A DNA stretch of 40,994 bases from an uncultured Candidatus Saccharibacteria bacterium (GCA_947085855.1 CAMTYB010000001.1:630427-671420), one strand, 5' to 3'; shown: positions 18,022-26,109, counted from the first letter of the stretch. Notes: a model not told the origin generated them from the sequence alone. Made by a program: numbers and translations.

Positions 18022-18469
18022 CTGGTGGTTGCTGCTGGTTTGGGTCATTTGGGTCAGCTGGAGTTGGAGTCGGTGGTACTACAACGGGCTCAACTGGTGT
18101 AGTTTCCGGAGTTGGTTCTGGTACGACTGGTTCTGGAGTCGGGGCCACTACAGGTTCAGTTGGTTGAGGGGTTGGCTCAACCGGTGCTGGATCTGGGCTG
18201 ATAGTTGTGTCTGGTGTGGCAGGAGCTTGCGCAACTTCAGTAGTTGGCTCCGCTGTTGGCGCCTCGGCTACAGTTGGCGCTGCGCTGCCCGTGACAGTAC
18301 CGGCTGCAAATCCAGTGCCTGCGGCTGAAATAGGTGAGGTAGCTGGTGGAGTTTGTGGTACAGAAGTAGTATCAGCCGACTTAGCTGTACTTTTATCTTT
18401 TTTTCCTTTGCGACCCAACGTAAAGATTCTTACGAGAGCGGCAATTACAGGGTTACGTTTCTTTTCCAT
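18011..18469 (-). CDS. Pro/Thr/Ala-rich low-complexity protein with a basic N-terminus (hypothetical)
   Basis: MEKKRNPVIAALVRIFTLGRKGKKDK... followed by about 120 aa of P/T/A/E/V quasi-repeats (EPTPQPTEPVVAPTPEPVVPEPTPETTPVEP). The plus-strand ORFs over the same DNA are Trp/Ser/Gly-rich mirror images, so I favour the minus strand. Coding status is unproven. Confidence 0.45.
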   Translation of the reverse strand: MEKKRNPVIAALVRIFTLGRKGKKDKSTAKSADTTSVPQTPPATSPISAAGTGFAAGTVTGSAAPTVAEAPTAEPTTEVAQAPATPDTTISPDPAPVEPTPQPTEPVVAPTPEPVVPEPTPETTPVEPVVVPPTPTPADPNDPNQQQPPASA

Positions 18470-18560
18470 AATAGTATATAGAGTTCCTTATGTATGTTTA
18501 GTGCGTAACTTAAGCATAATATCTTTTGCAACCCGAGACAAGCTAACAGATAGCAACAGA

Positions 18561-18588
18561 TTGACTTTTTTCTTAAATTAAGCATAAT
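18561..18588 (+). promoter_or_regulatory. candidate promoter of tRNA-Lys
   Basis: TTGACT (18561..18566), 16 nt, then CATAAT (18583..18588). The tRNA starts 21 nt downstream. Confidence 0.45.
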
Positions 18589-18608
18589 AGTAGAAGTTAT
18601 TTTCGTTC

Positions 18609-18685
18609 GGGGCCATAGCTCAGCTGGTTAGAGCACCTGCCTTTTAAGCAGGGTGTCCTGGGTTCGAGTCCCAGTGGCCCCTCCA
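18609..18685 (+). tRNA. tRNA-Lys (anticodon UUU), CCA encoded
   Basis: GGGGCCA TA GCTC AGCTGGTTA GAGC A CCTGC CTTTTAA GCAGG GTGTC CTGGG TTCGAGT CCCAG TGGCCCC T CCA. All stems are perfectly paired. Confidence 0.93.
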
Positions 18686-18693
18686 TACAAAAC

Positions 18694-18718
18694 GCCTCAC
18701 GTAAGTGGGGCTTTTTGT
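18694..18718 (+). terminator. rho-independent terminator after tRNA-Lys
   Basis: GCCTCAC GTAA GTGGGGC (one G.U pair) followed by TTTTTGT. Confidence 0.65.
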
Positions 18719-18903
18719 ATGGCTGGACTCAGCGGACTATTCGAACGTTCGGCGTAGCGACAGCTTGGCTGGCGCGGAGAAGCGACGAGCACAACGTGCG
18801 AGGGAAGCGCTGTCCCAGTGTCCCCTAACAGATGGTCCGAGTAAGAAAGTTCGAACTGAAGAGCCCTGTCGCCTGTTTTTTTGTTGACACGGGAACGATA
18901 ATT

Positions 18904-18924
18904 ATATACCCTAGGGGGGTATAT
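18904..18924 (+). promoter_or_regulatory. candidate CsoR operator (C/G-tract pseudo-palindrome)
   Basis: ATATACCC-TAGGG-GGGTATAT lies 12 nt upstream of the first gene of an operon that encodes a CsoR-family repressor. From memory it resembles the TACCC...GGGGGTA-type operators described for CsoR, for example B. subtilis copZA. It overlaps a candidate -10 (TATATA/TATAAG, 18920..18927). Confidence 0.6.
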
Positions 18925-18935
18925 AAGAAAACGTA

Positions 18936-19439
18936 ATGAAACAAGCGAGACCTATGAATAATCATCAGCACACAACTCATGATTCGCATACCATGGCTGT
19001 CAGCGCGACACTGCACTGTTTGACGGGATGCGCTATAGGTGAAGTCCTAGGATTAATAATCGGGACAGCACTCGGTCTTAGTACTGGGATGACAGTTCTT
19101 TTGGCAGTAGCGCTTGCTTTCATTTTTGGTTTTAGTCTTTCGACTTTGCCACTAGTTAAAGCAGGTATTGGCTTTACGGCCGCGCTTTCTGTGGTTGTGG
19201 CAGCCGACACATTGTCGATAGCCACTATGGAGTTGGTGGATAATCTTGTAATGGTCGCCATACCCGGGGCACTACACGCCGGGATAGTTAGCCCGCTATT
19301 TTGGGTTAGCATGCCGTTTGCACTAACTGCGGCATTCTTCGTTGCACTACCTGTTAATAAGCACTTACTAAAGCGCAACAAAGGACATGCCCTAACCATG
19401 AATTTATTAAATGAACACAGCCATAAACGAGATCACTAA
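18936..19439 (+). CDS. DUF4396-like membrane protein with His-rich termini
   Basis: HCLTGCAIGE motif at the start of TM1, 4-5 TM helices, a His-rich N-terminus (NNHQHTTHDSHTM) and C-terminus (NEHSHKRDH). The family assignment is from memory. Confidence 0.65.
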   Translation: MKQARPMNNHQHTTHDSHTMAVSATLHCLTGCAIGEVLGLIIGTALGLSTGMTVLLAVALAFIFGFSLSTLPLVKAGIGFTAALSVVVAADTLSIATMELVDNLVMVAIPGALHAGIVSPLFWVSMPFALTAAFFVALPVNKHLLKRNKGHALTMNLLNEHSHKRDH

Positions 19440-19448
19440 GGAGATTTT

Positions 19449-19724
19449 ATGAAATACGGATACTCAGACAACAAGCCAGATTTACTGAAAAGACTTAATC
19501 GCGTAGAGGGTCAAGTACGCGGGGTATCAAAAATGGTACAAGACGATAAGTATTGTATTGATATTCTGACCCAAGTCAGTGCAGCAAAAGCAGCACTAGA
19601 TAAGGTTGCGCTTGAATTGCTGCGCGAGCACGCCAATCATTGCTTAACAGACGATGATGTTCAGGCACGTGGTACAGAAAATAAAGCCGATGAGTTAGTC
19701 GGCGCAATCAGCAGAATGTTATAG
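19449..19724 (+). CDS. csoR: CsoR/RcnR-family metal-sensing transcriptional repressor (Cu-type x-C-H-C fingerprint)
   Basis: 91 aa with RLNRVEGQVRGVSKMV, DDKYCIDILTQVSAAKAALDKVA and REHANHC (Cys...His-x3-Cys ligand set). GGAG SD upstream. Confidence 0.85.
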   Translation: MKYGYSDNKPDLLKRLNRVEGQVRGVSKMVQDDKYCIDILTQVSAAKAALDKVALELLREHANHCLTDDDVQARGTENKADELVGAISRML

Positions 19725-19734
19725 GAAGGAAATT

Positions 19735-20130
19735 ATGGAAACCAAACCACTACTGTATGGGTTAATAGGCTTCTTCATTGGCGGATTCTTAGTCTCCGTT
19801 GCGGCCACTACGTTTGATAAACCAGAGGACAAAAATTCTGCTATCAACACCTCCTCAATGAGTACTATGTCAATGGACGATATGTCGAATGAACTAAAAA
19901 ACAAAACCGGCGAAGACTACGACAAGGCATTCATTGCAAACATGATTGTTCACCATGAAGGTGCGGTAGAAATGGCTAAGCTATCTAATGTGAACGCCAA
20001 GCATGATGAAATCAAAGAACTTTCAAAAACAATTATGAGTGCTCAAGAAAAGGAAATTGCCGAAATGAAACAATGGCAAAAAGATTGGGGCTATGCGCAG
20101 TCAGGCGAGAGTTCACACACGAGCCATTAA
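19735..20130 (+). CDS. DUF305 domain protein with N-terminal TM/signal anchor
   Basis: DYDKAFIANMIVHHEGAVEMAKL...EIKELSKTIMSAQEKEIAEMKQW is the typical four-helix DUF305 pattern. AGGAAGGA SD upstream. Confidence 0.8.
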   Translation: METKPLLYGLIGFFIGGFLVSVAATTFDKPEDKNSAINTSSMSTMSMDDMSNELKNKTGEDYDKAFIANMIVHHEGAVEMAKLSNVNAKHDEIKELSKTIMSAQEKEIAEMKQWQKDWGYAQSGESSHTSH

Positions 20131-20139
20131 ATCAAAGCA

Positions 20140-20865
20140 ATGAAAAGTTCCGAACTGCCTATGCCTCTGCACCAGAAACTATTGCAATACTGTGATGTCA
20201 CATCAATCGGCGAAATTAGATGGGCGCACGCTGTTAACTCGCAGCAGCGCTTAGCAGATGCCTTGGAAGATGGTTCAATCCACTTTCTTGAAGTAGATAT
20301 TAACGTGTCCAGCGAACAAACAATCGAGGCTACTCACGATGAAGGAGGCGAGAGCGACTTACGATTCGAAACGCTGATTGAATATGTTCGGTCAAGTCGT
20401 AAGGGGCTCAAACTAGATTTCAAAAACGGTGCAGTTATAGCGGAATGCCTGGATATGCTTAGCGCCGCAGCTTTGACTCAGCCGGTTATACTGAATGCTG
20501 ACATTCTGAGCGTGAAAGCTGCCGATTCAGCAGAAATTGATGGCTCCAGATTTATTGTGACTGCTAGCCCAAAATATCCGGAGGGATTGTTATCGCTCGG
20601 TTGGCGAACGTCAGACACATCTCCAAGCTACACCGAGCAAGATGTCGAGCACATGCTCAGCTTATGCGAGCAATTTCCTGAAATTACCTTTCCAGTTCGA
20701 GCTTCGATGCTACCTAATTCCTGGACGGCTCTGAGCAAGCTACTCGACGGTACACGACACTCTTTGACTATTTGGGATATTAATTCCGTCGGTGCCGAGT
20801 TACAAAAGTGGATAGAGAAAGAGACCGATCCTCAGCGCTGCTTTTACGACTATCGTTTGGTATAG
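20140..20865 (+). CDS. menorin/FAM151-like (DUF2181, PLC/GDPD-like phosphodiesterase fold) protein
   Basis: The motif series IRWAHAVNS...LEVDI, KGLKLDFK, PVILNADIL, LSLGWRTS and ITFPVRA matches my memory of PF10223. This needs a profile search to confirm. Confidence 0.55.
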   Translation: MKSSELPMPLHQKLLQYCDVTSIGEIRWAHAVNSQQRLADALEDGSIHFLEVDINVSSEQTIEATHDEGGESDLRFETLIEYVRSSRKGLKLDFKNGAVIAECLDMLSAAALTQPVILNADILSVKAADSAEIDGSRFIVTASPKYPEGLLSLGWRTSDTSPSYTEQDVEHMLSLCEQFPEITFPVRASMLPNSWTALSKLLDGTRHSLTIWDINSVGAELQKWIEKETDPQRCFYDYRLV

Positions 20866-20872
20866 TTCAGGT

Positions 20873-21370
20873 ATGCCAATTATTTTAGAAACGAAGAATT
20901 TAATCGTTAAAGCGCATGATGAACCGCACCATTCTCGCGAGAATGGTGGCCACATTGTCGTCTCGCCGAAGCAAACGTATGTGCAGCGTTATGACATTCC
21001 GCTCGATGTAGCGACCGAACTTATGCATACTACGATGTTGGTCGGTGAGGCGGCTACTAACGTATTGCGTAAAACTGGTATCGACGTGGTGCGCATTAAC
21101 TACCAGGACAACGGGAACTGGGCGTATAAAGATCCGGAACCAAAGCCCGGTGTGCATGTACATCTTTATATACGTACTACCCATGAGCGTCATCCGGCCA
21201 ATGACCCACGCTTCCAGGCCTTTCCGGATGCTTTGTACTTCCCAGACAGGGCAACCGGCTACTATGATCAATTCAAGTCGCTAACAAGTGAAGACTGTGC
21301 AGCAATAAAGGAAGAAGCGATTCGTCTGCTAGCAACTGATAAATATGAGCAGGCATCGCTGAGCATTTAG
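20873..21370 (+). CDS. HIT-like superfamily protein with variant triad (H-x-H-x-Y)
   Basis: GGHIVVSPKQ (compare GHxLVxPK) and PGVHVHLYIRT in place of HxHxHxx. An extended -10 (TGgTATAGT, 20858..20866) lies 6 nt before the ATG. Confidence 0.5.
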   Translation: MPIILETKNLIVKAHDEPHHSRENGGHIVVSPKQTYVQRYDIPLDVATELMHTTMLVGEAATNVLRKTGIDVVRINYQDNGNWAYKDPEPKPGVHVHLYIRTTHERHPANDPRFQAFPDALYFPDRATGYYDQFKSLTSEDCAAIKEEAIRLLATDKYEQASLSI

Positions 21371-21413
21371 TTGGTTTATGCTATAATATACCTAAACGAA
21401 AGGTGTTATTTTT

Positions 21414-22145
21414 ATGGCAGGTCACTCCAAGTGGGCAAAAATTCATCGTGGAAAAGCAATCGAAGACGCTAAGCGTGGCGCTGTCTTTACCAAGCTTGGC
21501 AACACTATTGCGGTAGCAGCTCGTGCTGGCGCAGATCCAGATATGAACTTTTCGTTGCGCATTGCGATCGATAAGGCTAAAGCTGCTAATATGCCAGCTG
21601 CTAACATACAACGAGCGATCGACCGCGGTAGCGGCAAACTTGGCGGTGATCAAATCCAGGAAGTCATGTATGAAGGCTATGGTCCGGGCGGCTCAGCGAT
21701 TTTGGTTGAATGTGCCACCGACAACATTAATCGCACCTACCCAGATGTTCGCTTGGCGTTTAGTAAACATGGCGGCAACATTGCCGAAAAAGGTTCGGTA
21801 GCATTTCAGTTTGATCGCAAAGGCGTCATTACCGTAAAAGGCGGCGGGGAAGATCTATTGCTAGAAGTTCTGGATGCTGGTGCCGACGATGCAATCGAAG
21901 AAGATGGTGAGATTATTGTTTATACTGAACCAAAGAAATTAGCTGAAGTGCGTGATGCGCTTAAAAATAAAGGCGTTGAGATTACCGAGGCAGAACTGTC
22001 GTATATTCCGCAAAATACGGTTGAGATTACCGATGCAGCTACGGCAGGCAAGATTGCACGACTTATGGATGCCCTTGATGCGCTTGATGATGTTAGTGAA
22101 ACGCACGTTAATTTTGACATTCCACAAGAGTTAATCCCATCTTAA
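21414..22145 (+). CDS. yebC: YebC/PmpR family DNA-binding transcriptional regulator
   Basis: MAGHSKWAKIHRGKAIEDAKRGAVFTKL... is the canonical N-terminus, and the 243-aa length is typical. Confidence 0.93.
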   Translation: MAGHSKWAKIHRGKAIEDAKRGAVFTKLGNTIAVAARAGADPDMNFSLRIAIDKAKAANMPAANIQRAIDRGSGKLGGDQIQEVMYEGYGPGGSAILVECATDNINRTYPDVRLAFSKHGGNIAEKGSVAFQFDRKGVITVKGGGEDLLLEVLDAGADDAIEEDGEIIVYTEPKKLAEVRDALKNKGVEITEAELSYIPQNTVEITDAATAGKIARLMDALDALDDVSETHVNFDIPQELIPS

Positions 22146-22160
22146 GTACGGTCTAACATA

Positions 22161-22640
22161 ATGAGAATACTTGGCATTGATCCTGGCACTGGCATTCTCG
22201 GATTTGGCGTAATCGATGTTATTAGACCCGGCAAACTTAAGCTGGTGGACGGGGGTGTTATTCGTACGCCAGTTAAGCAGCCTGACAGTCAAAGACTTAA
22301 AACAATTTACGACGAACTACACGAAATTATCGAAGCTACTAAGCCAGAAATTATGTCAGTTGAAAAATTGTTCTTTGCCCAAAACGTAACAACTGCCATG
22401 AGTGTCTCGCAGGCCCGTGGCGTGGTTTTGCTCTGTGGCGAGCAGCATGGACTAACTCTGTTCGAGTACACGCCACTACAGATTAAGCAGGCGGTAACTG
22501 GCTATGGCAAGGCAGACAAGAAGCAAGTTCAAGAAATGGTTCGAGTTATCTTGGGTCTATCGGTGATACCTAAGCCAGACGATTGTGCTGACGCTTTAGC
22601 TGCAGCGATTTGTCATAGCATGACGGGGCAATTTGCCTGA
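22161..22640 (+). CDS. ruvC: crossover junction endodeoxyribonuclease RuvC
   Basis: MRILGIDPGTGILGFGVID, VEKLFFAQN and KPDDCADALAAAICH. Confidence 0.93.
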   Translation: MRILGIDPGTGILGFGVIDVIRPGKLKLVDGGVIRTPVKQPDSQRLKTIYDELHEIIEATKPEIMSVEKLFFAQNVTTAMSVSQARGVVLLCGEQHGLTLFEYTPLQIKQAVTGYGKADKKQVQEMVRVILGLSVIPKPDDCADALAAAICHSMTGQFA

Positions 22641-22650
22641 GGTATACATA

Positions 22651-23460
22651 ATGAGTCAGCCCGAGAGACTACTTCCAACTATCCAGCCAGAAACAGCCGC
22701 CTACGCTGTCGAGGCAATCGATGAAGTCAATGATTTATATATGCAGGGTGCCCGCACGGTTCTGCGCCGAATCTTGAGTATACCCGACCATGATCCGAGA
22801 TTGGCTCAGGAAAACATTGCCGAGCATAGCTGGAGCGTGGCCATGGCAGCCAGAACGTTGTGGGAGAATCGCGGTGAGTTAGGCATAGGCTTTCATCCAC
22901 AGTTTGACATTAATAGAGCGCTCAGCTACTGCGATGTTCATGACTTAGCAGAAACGAAAACTGAAATTGGCGACATCGACGCCATGTGTCAGGACGAAAA
23001 AGTATTGCAAGCCAAAACCAGTCAAGAAATCGAAGGTTTTCGTCAGCTCGGACGGGAAAGCAAGTATTTGGGCTGGGTAGTGCAGCTCGGCATAGAGGCC
23101 GAGCAGAAACGAACGCCAGAAGCTAAATTTATGTCCGATGTCGATAAGCACGTGGGTACTCGTATAATTACTAGGTATGCTCGATATAGATGGTGGGGCT
23201 TTGCAGGAGAGATTGTAACGCGTGATGAACACACGCGGATTATGCGAGGAAAGCTACAAACGCCTTTTGGTCACGGAGTATTTGATGCTATCGAAGAGGA
23301 TTTTGATCGTCGTGAAGCAGCCATTTTTGCAGAAAGCTCTACGGCCATGGGGCTTTTTCCGCCGTCTCACGAAATTGCAGAAATCATGCGCACCAGTTTT
23401 CTGCATAAGATGCTGATGGGTAAGAAAATATGGCCCGATGAATCGAAAAAAGCCTCATAG
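22651..23460 (+). CDS. HD-domain phosphohydrolase (YfbR-like 5'-deoxynucleotidase fold)
   Basis: ENIAEHSWSVAMAA and CDVHDLAETKTEIGDIDAM resemble the YfbR H...HD...D metal ligands. I prefer the ATG at 22651 over the TTG at 22633, which overlaps the ruvC stop. Confidence 0.6.
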   Translation: MSQPERLLPTIQPETAAYAVEAIDEVNDLYMQGARTVLRRILSIPDHDPRLAQENIAEHSWSVAMAARTLWENRGELGIGFHPQFDINRALSYCDVHDLAETKTEIGDIDAMCQDEKVLQAKTSQEIEGFRQLGRESKYLGWVVQLGIEAEQKRTPEAKFMSDVDKHVGTRIITRYARYRWWGFAGEIVTRDEHTRIMRGKLQTPFGHGVFDAIEEDFDRREAAIFAESSTAMGLFPPSHEIAEIMRTSFLHKMLMGKKIWPDESKKAS

Positions 23461-23477
23461 GCTATAATAGCTATACC

Positions 23478-24059
23478 ATGATTGCATATCTTAACGGGGT
23501 TGTTGCGCAGAAAGAGCTTGATAGAGTTGTTATTGACGTCCAAGGTGTGGGCTATGGTGTGCGCGTAACAACAAATGACGTTGCCAGCTTGGTGCAAGGA
23601 GCGCCGGCTAAACTGTTTATCTACGAGCATATTCGCGAAGATACCCATGATCTCTATGGCTTTCAGGAAGTCACCGGCAAGCAGCTATTTGAACAACTAT
23701 TGAGTGTAAAAAACGTCGGGCCAAAGGTTGCCTTGGCCGTTATGGATCTTGGCAGCGAGGCAACCATACGCCGTGCTATTGCTAATGGTGATGTTAAGCA
23801 GTTACAGACTGCTAAAGGGGTTGGCAAGCGAGCTGCCGAACAGATGGTGGTGGAGTTGCGAGATAAGGTTGGCTTGGCAGCGAGCGCTGGAGCAGAAGAC
23901 ATCGTCAGTCGCGGCGGTGTTGATGCCAGAGATGAAGCCGTCCAGGCCTTACTAGCACTTGGCTATGATGAAGTTGATGCCCAGTCTGCATTGGCACATG
24001 TGCCTCAAGACCTTCCAACCGAACAGCGTGTCACGGCAGCACTCAAGGGGCGACAATAA
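23478..24059 (+). CDS. ruvA: Holliday junction DNA helicase subunit RuvA
   Basis: MIAYLNGVV...[11 protein letters not shown], HhH motifs ([26 protein letters not shown]) and a C-terminal domain III. Confidence 0.93.
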   Translation: MIAYLNGVVAQKELDRVVIDVQGVGYGVRVTTNDVASLVQGAPAKLFIYEHIREDTHDLYGFQEVTGKQLFEQLLSVKNVGPKVALAVMDLGSEATIRRAIANGDVKQLQTAKGVGKRAAEQMVVELRDKVGLAASAGAEDIVSRGGVDARDEAVQALLALGYDEVDAQSALAHVPQDLPTEQRVTAALKGRQ

Positions 24060-25090
24060 TGGCAGTCGAACGAATTGTAGAACCAGTCACTGCCCAGGAC
24101 GACAGCGAAGAGCAGTTAATCGAAGTAACGCTACGACCTAAGGACTTCGAAAATTATATTGGTCAGGAACGGCTCAAGAAGAATATGCAACTCGCCATCG
24201 CGGCGGCCACAAAGCGAGGTGAGCCAATCGACCATGTGTTATTGTTTGGCCCGCCTGGCCTTGGTAAGACTACTATGGCGAGTGTGATTGCTCATGAAAT
24301 GGGTGCGAATATTCGAATTACATCTGGACCGGCGATTGAGCGAGCTGGTGATTTGGCGAGTCTCCTGACTAATTTAGAGGACGGCGACATTTTGTTTATT
24401 GATGAAATTCATCGTTTGCACCGTAGTGTTGAAGAGGTGCTGTATTCGGCCATGGAAGACTTCAAGCTTGATATCATGCTTGGTAAAGGTCCGAGCGCAC
24501 GCAGTTTACGGCTTGATCTGCCAAAGTTTACCATTATTGGCGCTACTACCAGAACAGGTTCACTGGCGGCACCGTTGCGTGATCGCTTTGGCTTGCAGCA
24601 TCGCCTCGAGTTTTATAGCAATGAGGAAATTGCTCAAATTATTATGCGAGCAGCCTCTATTCTGGGAGTCGAAATTGATGCGCAGGCGGCTAGTCATTTG
24701 TCAGAGCGGGCACGTTTAACACCACGGATTGCTAATCGTTTACTCAAACGAGTTCGTGATTACGCTGACATCAATGGTGATGGTATTGTCGACTTAGAAA
24801 CCACCAGGCAAGCAATGTTATTGCTAGAAATTGATGAACTTGGCTTGGACCCAGCGGATCGACGAGTCATTGAAACTATTATCGAGCACCACAAGGGTGG
24901 TCCGGTAGGCGTCGACACTATTGCTGCACTCACAGGCGATGAGCGCAGCACTATCGAAGATTTCTTTGAACCGTATCTCATGCAAATTGGCTTGCTAGAG
25001 CGCACACCACGTGGCCGTAAGGTTACCCCCAAAGGCTACAAGCATGTTGGCAAAAAGGGTGGCACGGATAGTCAGACAAAACTGGTATAA
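24059..25090 (+). CDS. ruvB: Holliday junction DNA helicase RuvB
   Basis: [13 protein letters not shown], Walker [10 protein letters not shown], Walker [10 protein letters not shown] and [16 protein letters not shown]. The ATG overlaps the ruvA stop by 1 nt. Confidence 0.97.
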   Translation: MAVERIVEPVTAQDDSEEQLIEVTLRPKDFENYIGQERLKKNMQLAIAAATKRGEPIDHVLLFGPPGLGKTTMASVIAHEMGANIRITSGPAIERAGDLASLLTNLEDGDILFIDEIHRLHRSVEEVLYSAMEDFKLDIMLGKGPSARSLRLDLPKFTIIGATTRTGSLAAPLRDRFGLQHRLEFYSNEEIAQIIMRAASILGVEIDAQAASHLSERARLTPRIANRLLKRVRDYADINGDGIVDLETTRQAMLLLEIDELGLDPADRRVIETIIEHHKGGPVGVDTIAALTGDERSTIEDFFEPYLMQIGLLERTPRGRKVTPKGYKHVGKKGGTDSQTKLV

Positions 25091-25101
25091 TTGCAGACAG
25101 T

Positions 25102-25791
25102 ATGAATCCAGATCAACACCCAGATGAATTACCAGACCTCCAAAACGAGGATACCCAGCCACCCGAGTCGCTTTCGGATCCGAATCAGCCCAAGCAAAGC
25201 CCGATTGCTCCAAATGCAGAAGAGCGTCGTAAGCCAGTCTTTGACCCGACTGGTCGCATTGAGCAGCTAACTTCGCAAGAAACTTTGGTGGCAGATATTC
25301 GTCGTCATCCGTTTGGACTGTTCTTAATCTATCTACAAATTTTTGTTGGACTGGGTGTGAGTTTGTTATTAATTTTTCTGCTCATGCCGAGTTTTACCGA
25401 GACAATGGGCATGAGTAGCTCAAGTACTAACGCTATTGCCTCGGTCTTCGGCTTGTTTGCCGTTGCCTTTGGCGCACTTTTCTTGATTTTGGCTACACGG
25501 ATTTATCAAGGTAACCAGCTGATTGTTAGCGATAAAAATGTTACGCAAGTTTTACAGATCGGTTTATTTAATCGTAAAGTTTCGGAATTATCGATGGCTA
25601 ATGTTGAAGACGTAACAGCGCAGCAGCAAGGTATTTTTCCAACCATTTTTAATTACGGCGTGTTGAAGATTGAAACAGCCGGTGAGCAGAATAACTTTGT
25701 TTTTATCTATTGTCCAAAACCTAATGCCTACGCCAAAGCGATTCTTGATGCTCGCCTGCAATTTATTACTACTCACGGAAGCAAACACTAA
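25102..25791 (+). CDS. membrane protein with bacterial PH (bPH_2/DUF304-like) domain
   Basis: Acidic/Pro-rich N-terminus, a two-TM hairpin after IRRHPFGLFLIY, then VSELSMANVEDVTAQQQGIFPTIFNYGVLKIETAG, typical of YdbS/YdbT-type domains. Confidence 0.6.
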   Translation: MNPDQHPDELPDLQNEDTQPPESLSDPNQPKQSPIAPNAEERRKPVFDPTGRIEQLTSQETLVADIRRHPFGLFLIYLQIFVGLGVSLLLIFLLMPSFTETMGMSSSSTNAIASVFGLFAVAFGALFLILATRIYQGNQLIVSDKNVTQVLQIGLFNRKVSELSMANVEDVTAQQQGIFPTIFNYGVLKIETAGEQNNFVFIYCPKPNAYAKAILDARLQFITTHGSKH

Positions 25792-25794
25792 AAA

Positions 25795-26097
25795 CTAGTC
25801 TTGGAACGGGTTATCGCGGGCAGCCTCAAAGAGAGACTGTACGCCGACGTTCTGGTCTTCGAGTTGCTTAATTTTTTCAATAGAATCTGGGTCAGCCTTC
25901 AAGCGCTTAACGGTGTTTTGCTGGGCAACGTCTTCATCACTTGGTTCTGCCTGAGACAAGGAACCAATTTGAAAAACAAGAAAACTATAGATTCCGAGCG
26001 TGCTGATGAGGAACAAAAATCCCACGTAACGCTGCAAGCGTTTAACGCTCGCTTGTAGTGCGTTGCTAATTTCTTTAACGTCGATATCTTTACTCAT
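25795..26097 (-). CDS. small single-TM protein, last gene of the pilMNO operon (hypothetical)
   Basis: 100 aa with TM helix FLFLISTLGIYSFLVFQIG. It starts 12 nt after the pilO stop, with an AGGA upstream. Confidence 0.5.
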   Translation of the reverse strand: MSKDIDVKEISNALQASVKRLQRYVGFLFLISTLGIYSFLVFQIGSLSQAEPSDEDVAQQNTVKRLKADPDSIEKIKQLEDQNVGVQSLFEAARDNPFQD

Positions 26098-26109
26098 GAT
26101 TGATCCTGT

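Noticed and set aside
17957-18581. Plus-strand ORFs (123 and 124 aa) over the Pro/Thr-rich repeat.
   Set aside because: Their Trp/Ser/Gly/Cys-rich composition is the mirror of CCA/ACC-rich repeats. The minus-strand reading is more protein-like. Neither plus-strand ORF has start context.
18510-18589. A 12-nt direct repeat TTAAGCATAATA (18510..18521 and 18578..18589).
   Set aside because: Dozens of 12-mer coincidences are expected by chance in 41 kb of AT-biased sequence. The second copy is simply part of the tRNA-Lys promoter -10 region.
18719-18883. Assigning the GC-rich spacer to SRP/4.5S RNA or 6S RNA.
   Set aside because: GGTCCGAGTAAGAAAG only loosely resembles the SRP domain IV GGUCCGGAAGGAAGCAG. 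I could not fold a convincing long hairpin or closing stem: the 5' and 3' halves pair only over about 7-11 nt. This needs a covariance-model scan.
18609-21370. The idea that the tRNA-Lys-adjacent metal/menorin/HIT block is an integrated genomic island.
   Set aside because: There is no integrase or recombinase, no direct repeat of the tRNA 3' end visible downstream (for example near 21371..21413), and no obvious compositional break in the genes themselves. Only the GC-rich spacer is odd, and it is kept as a separate finding.
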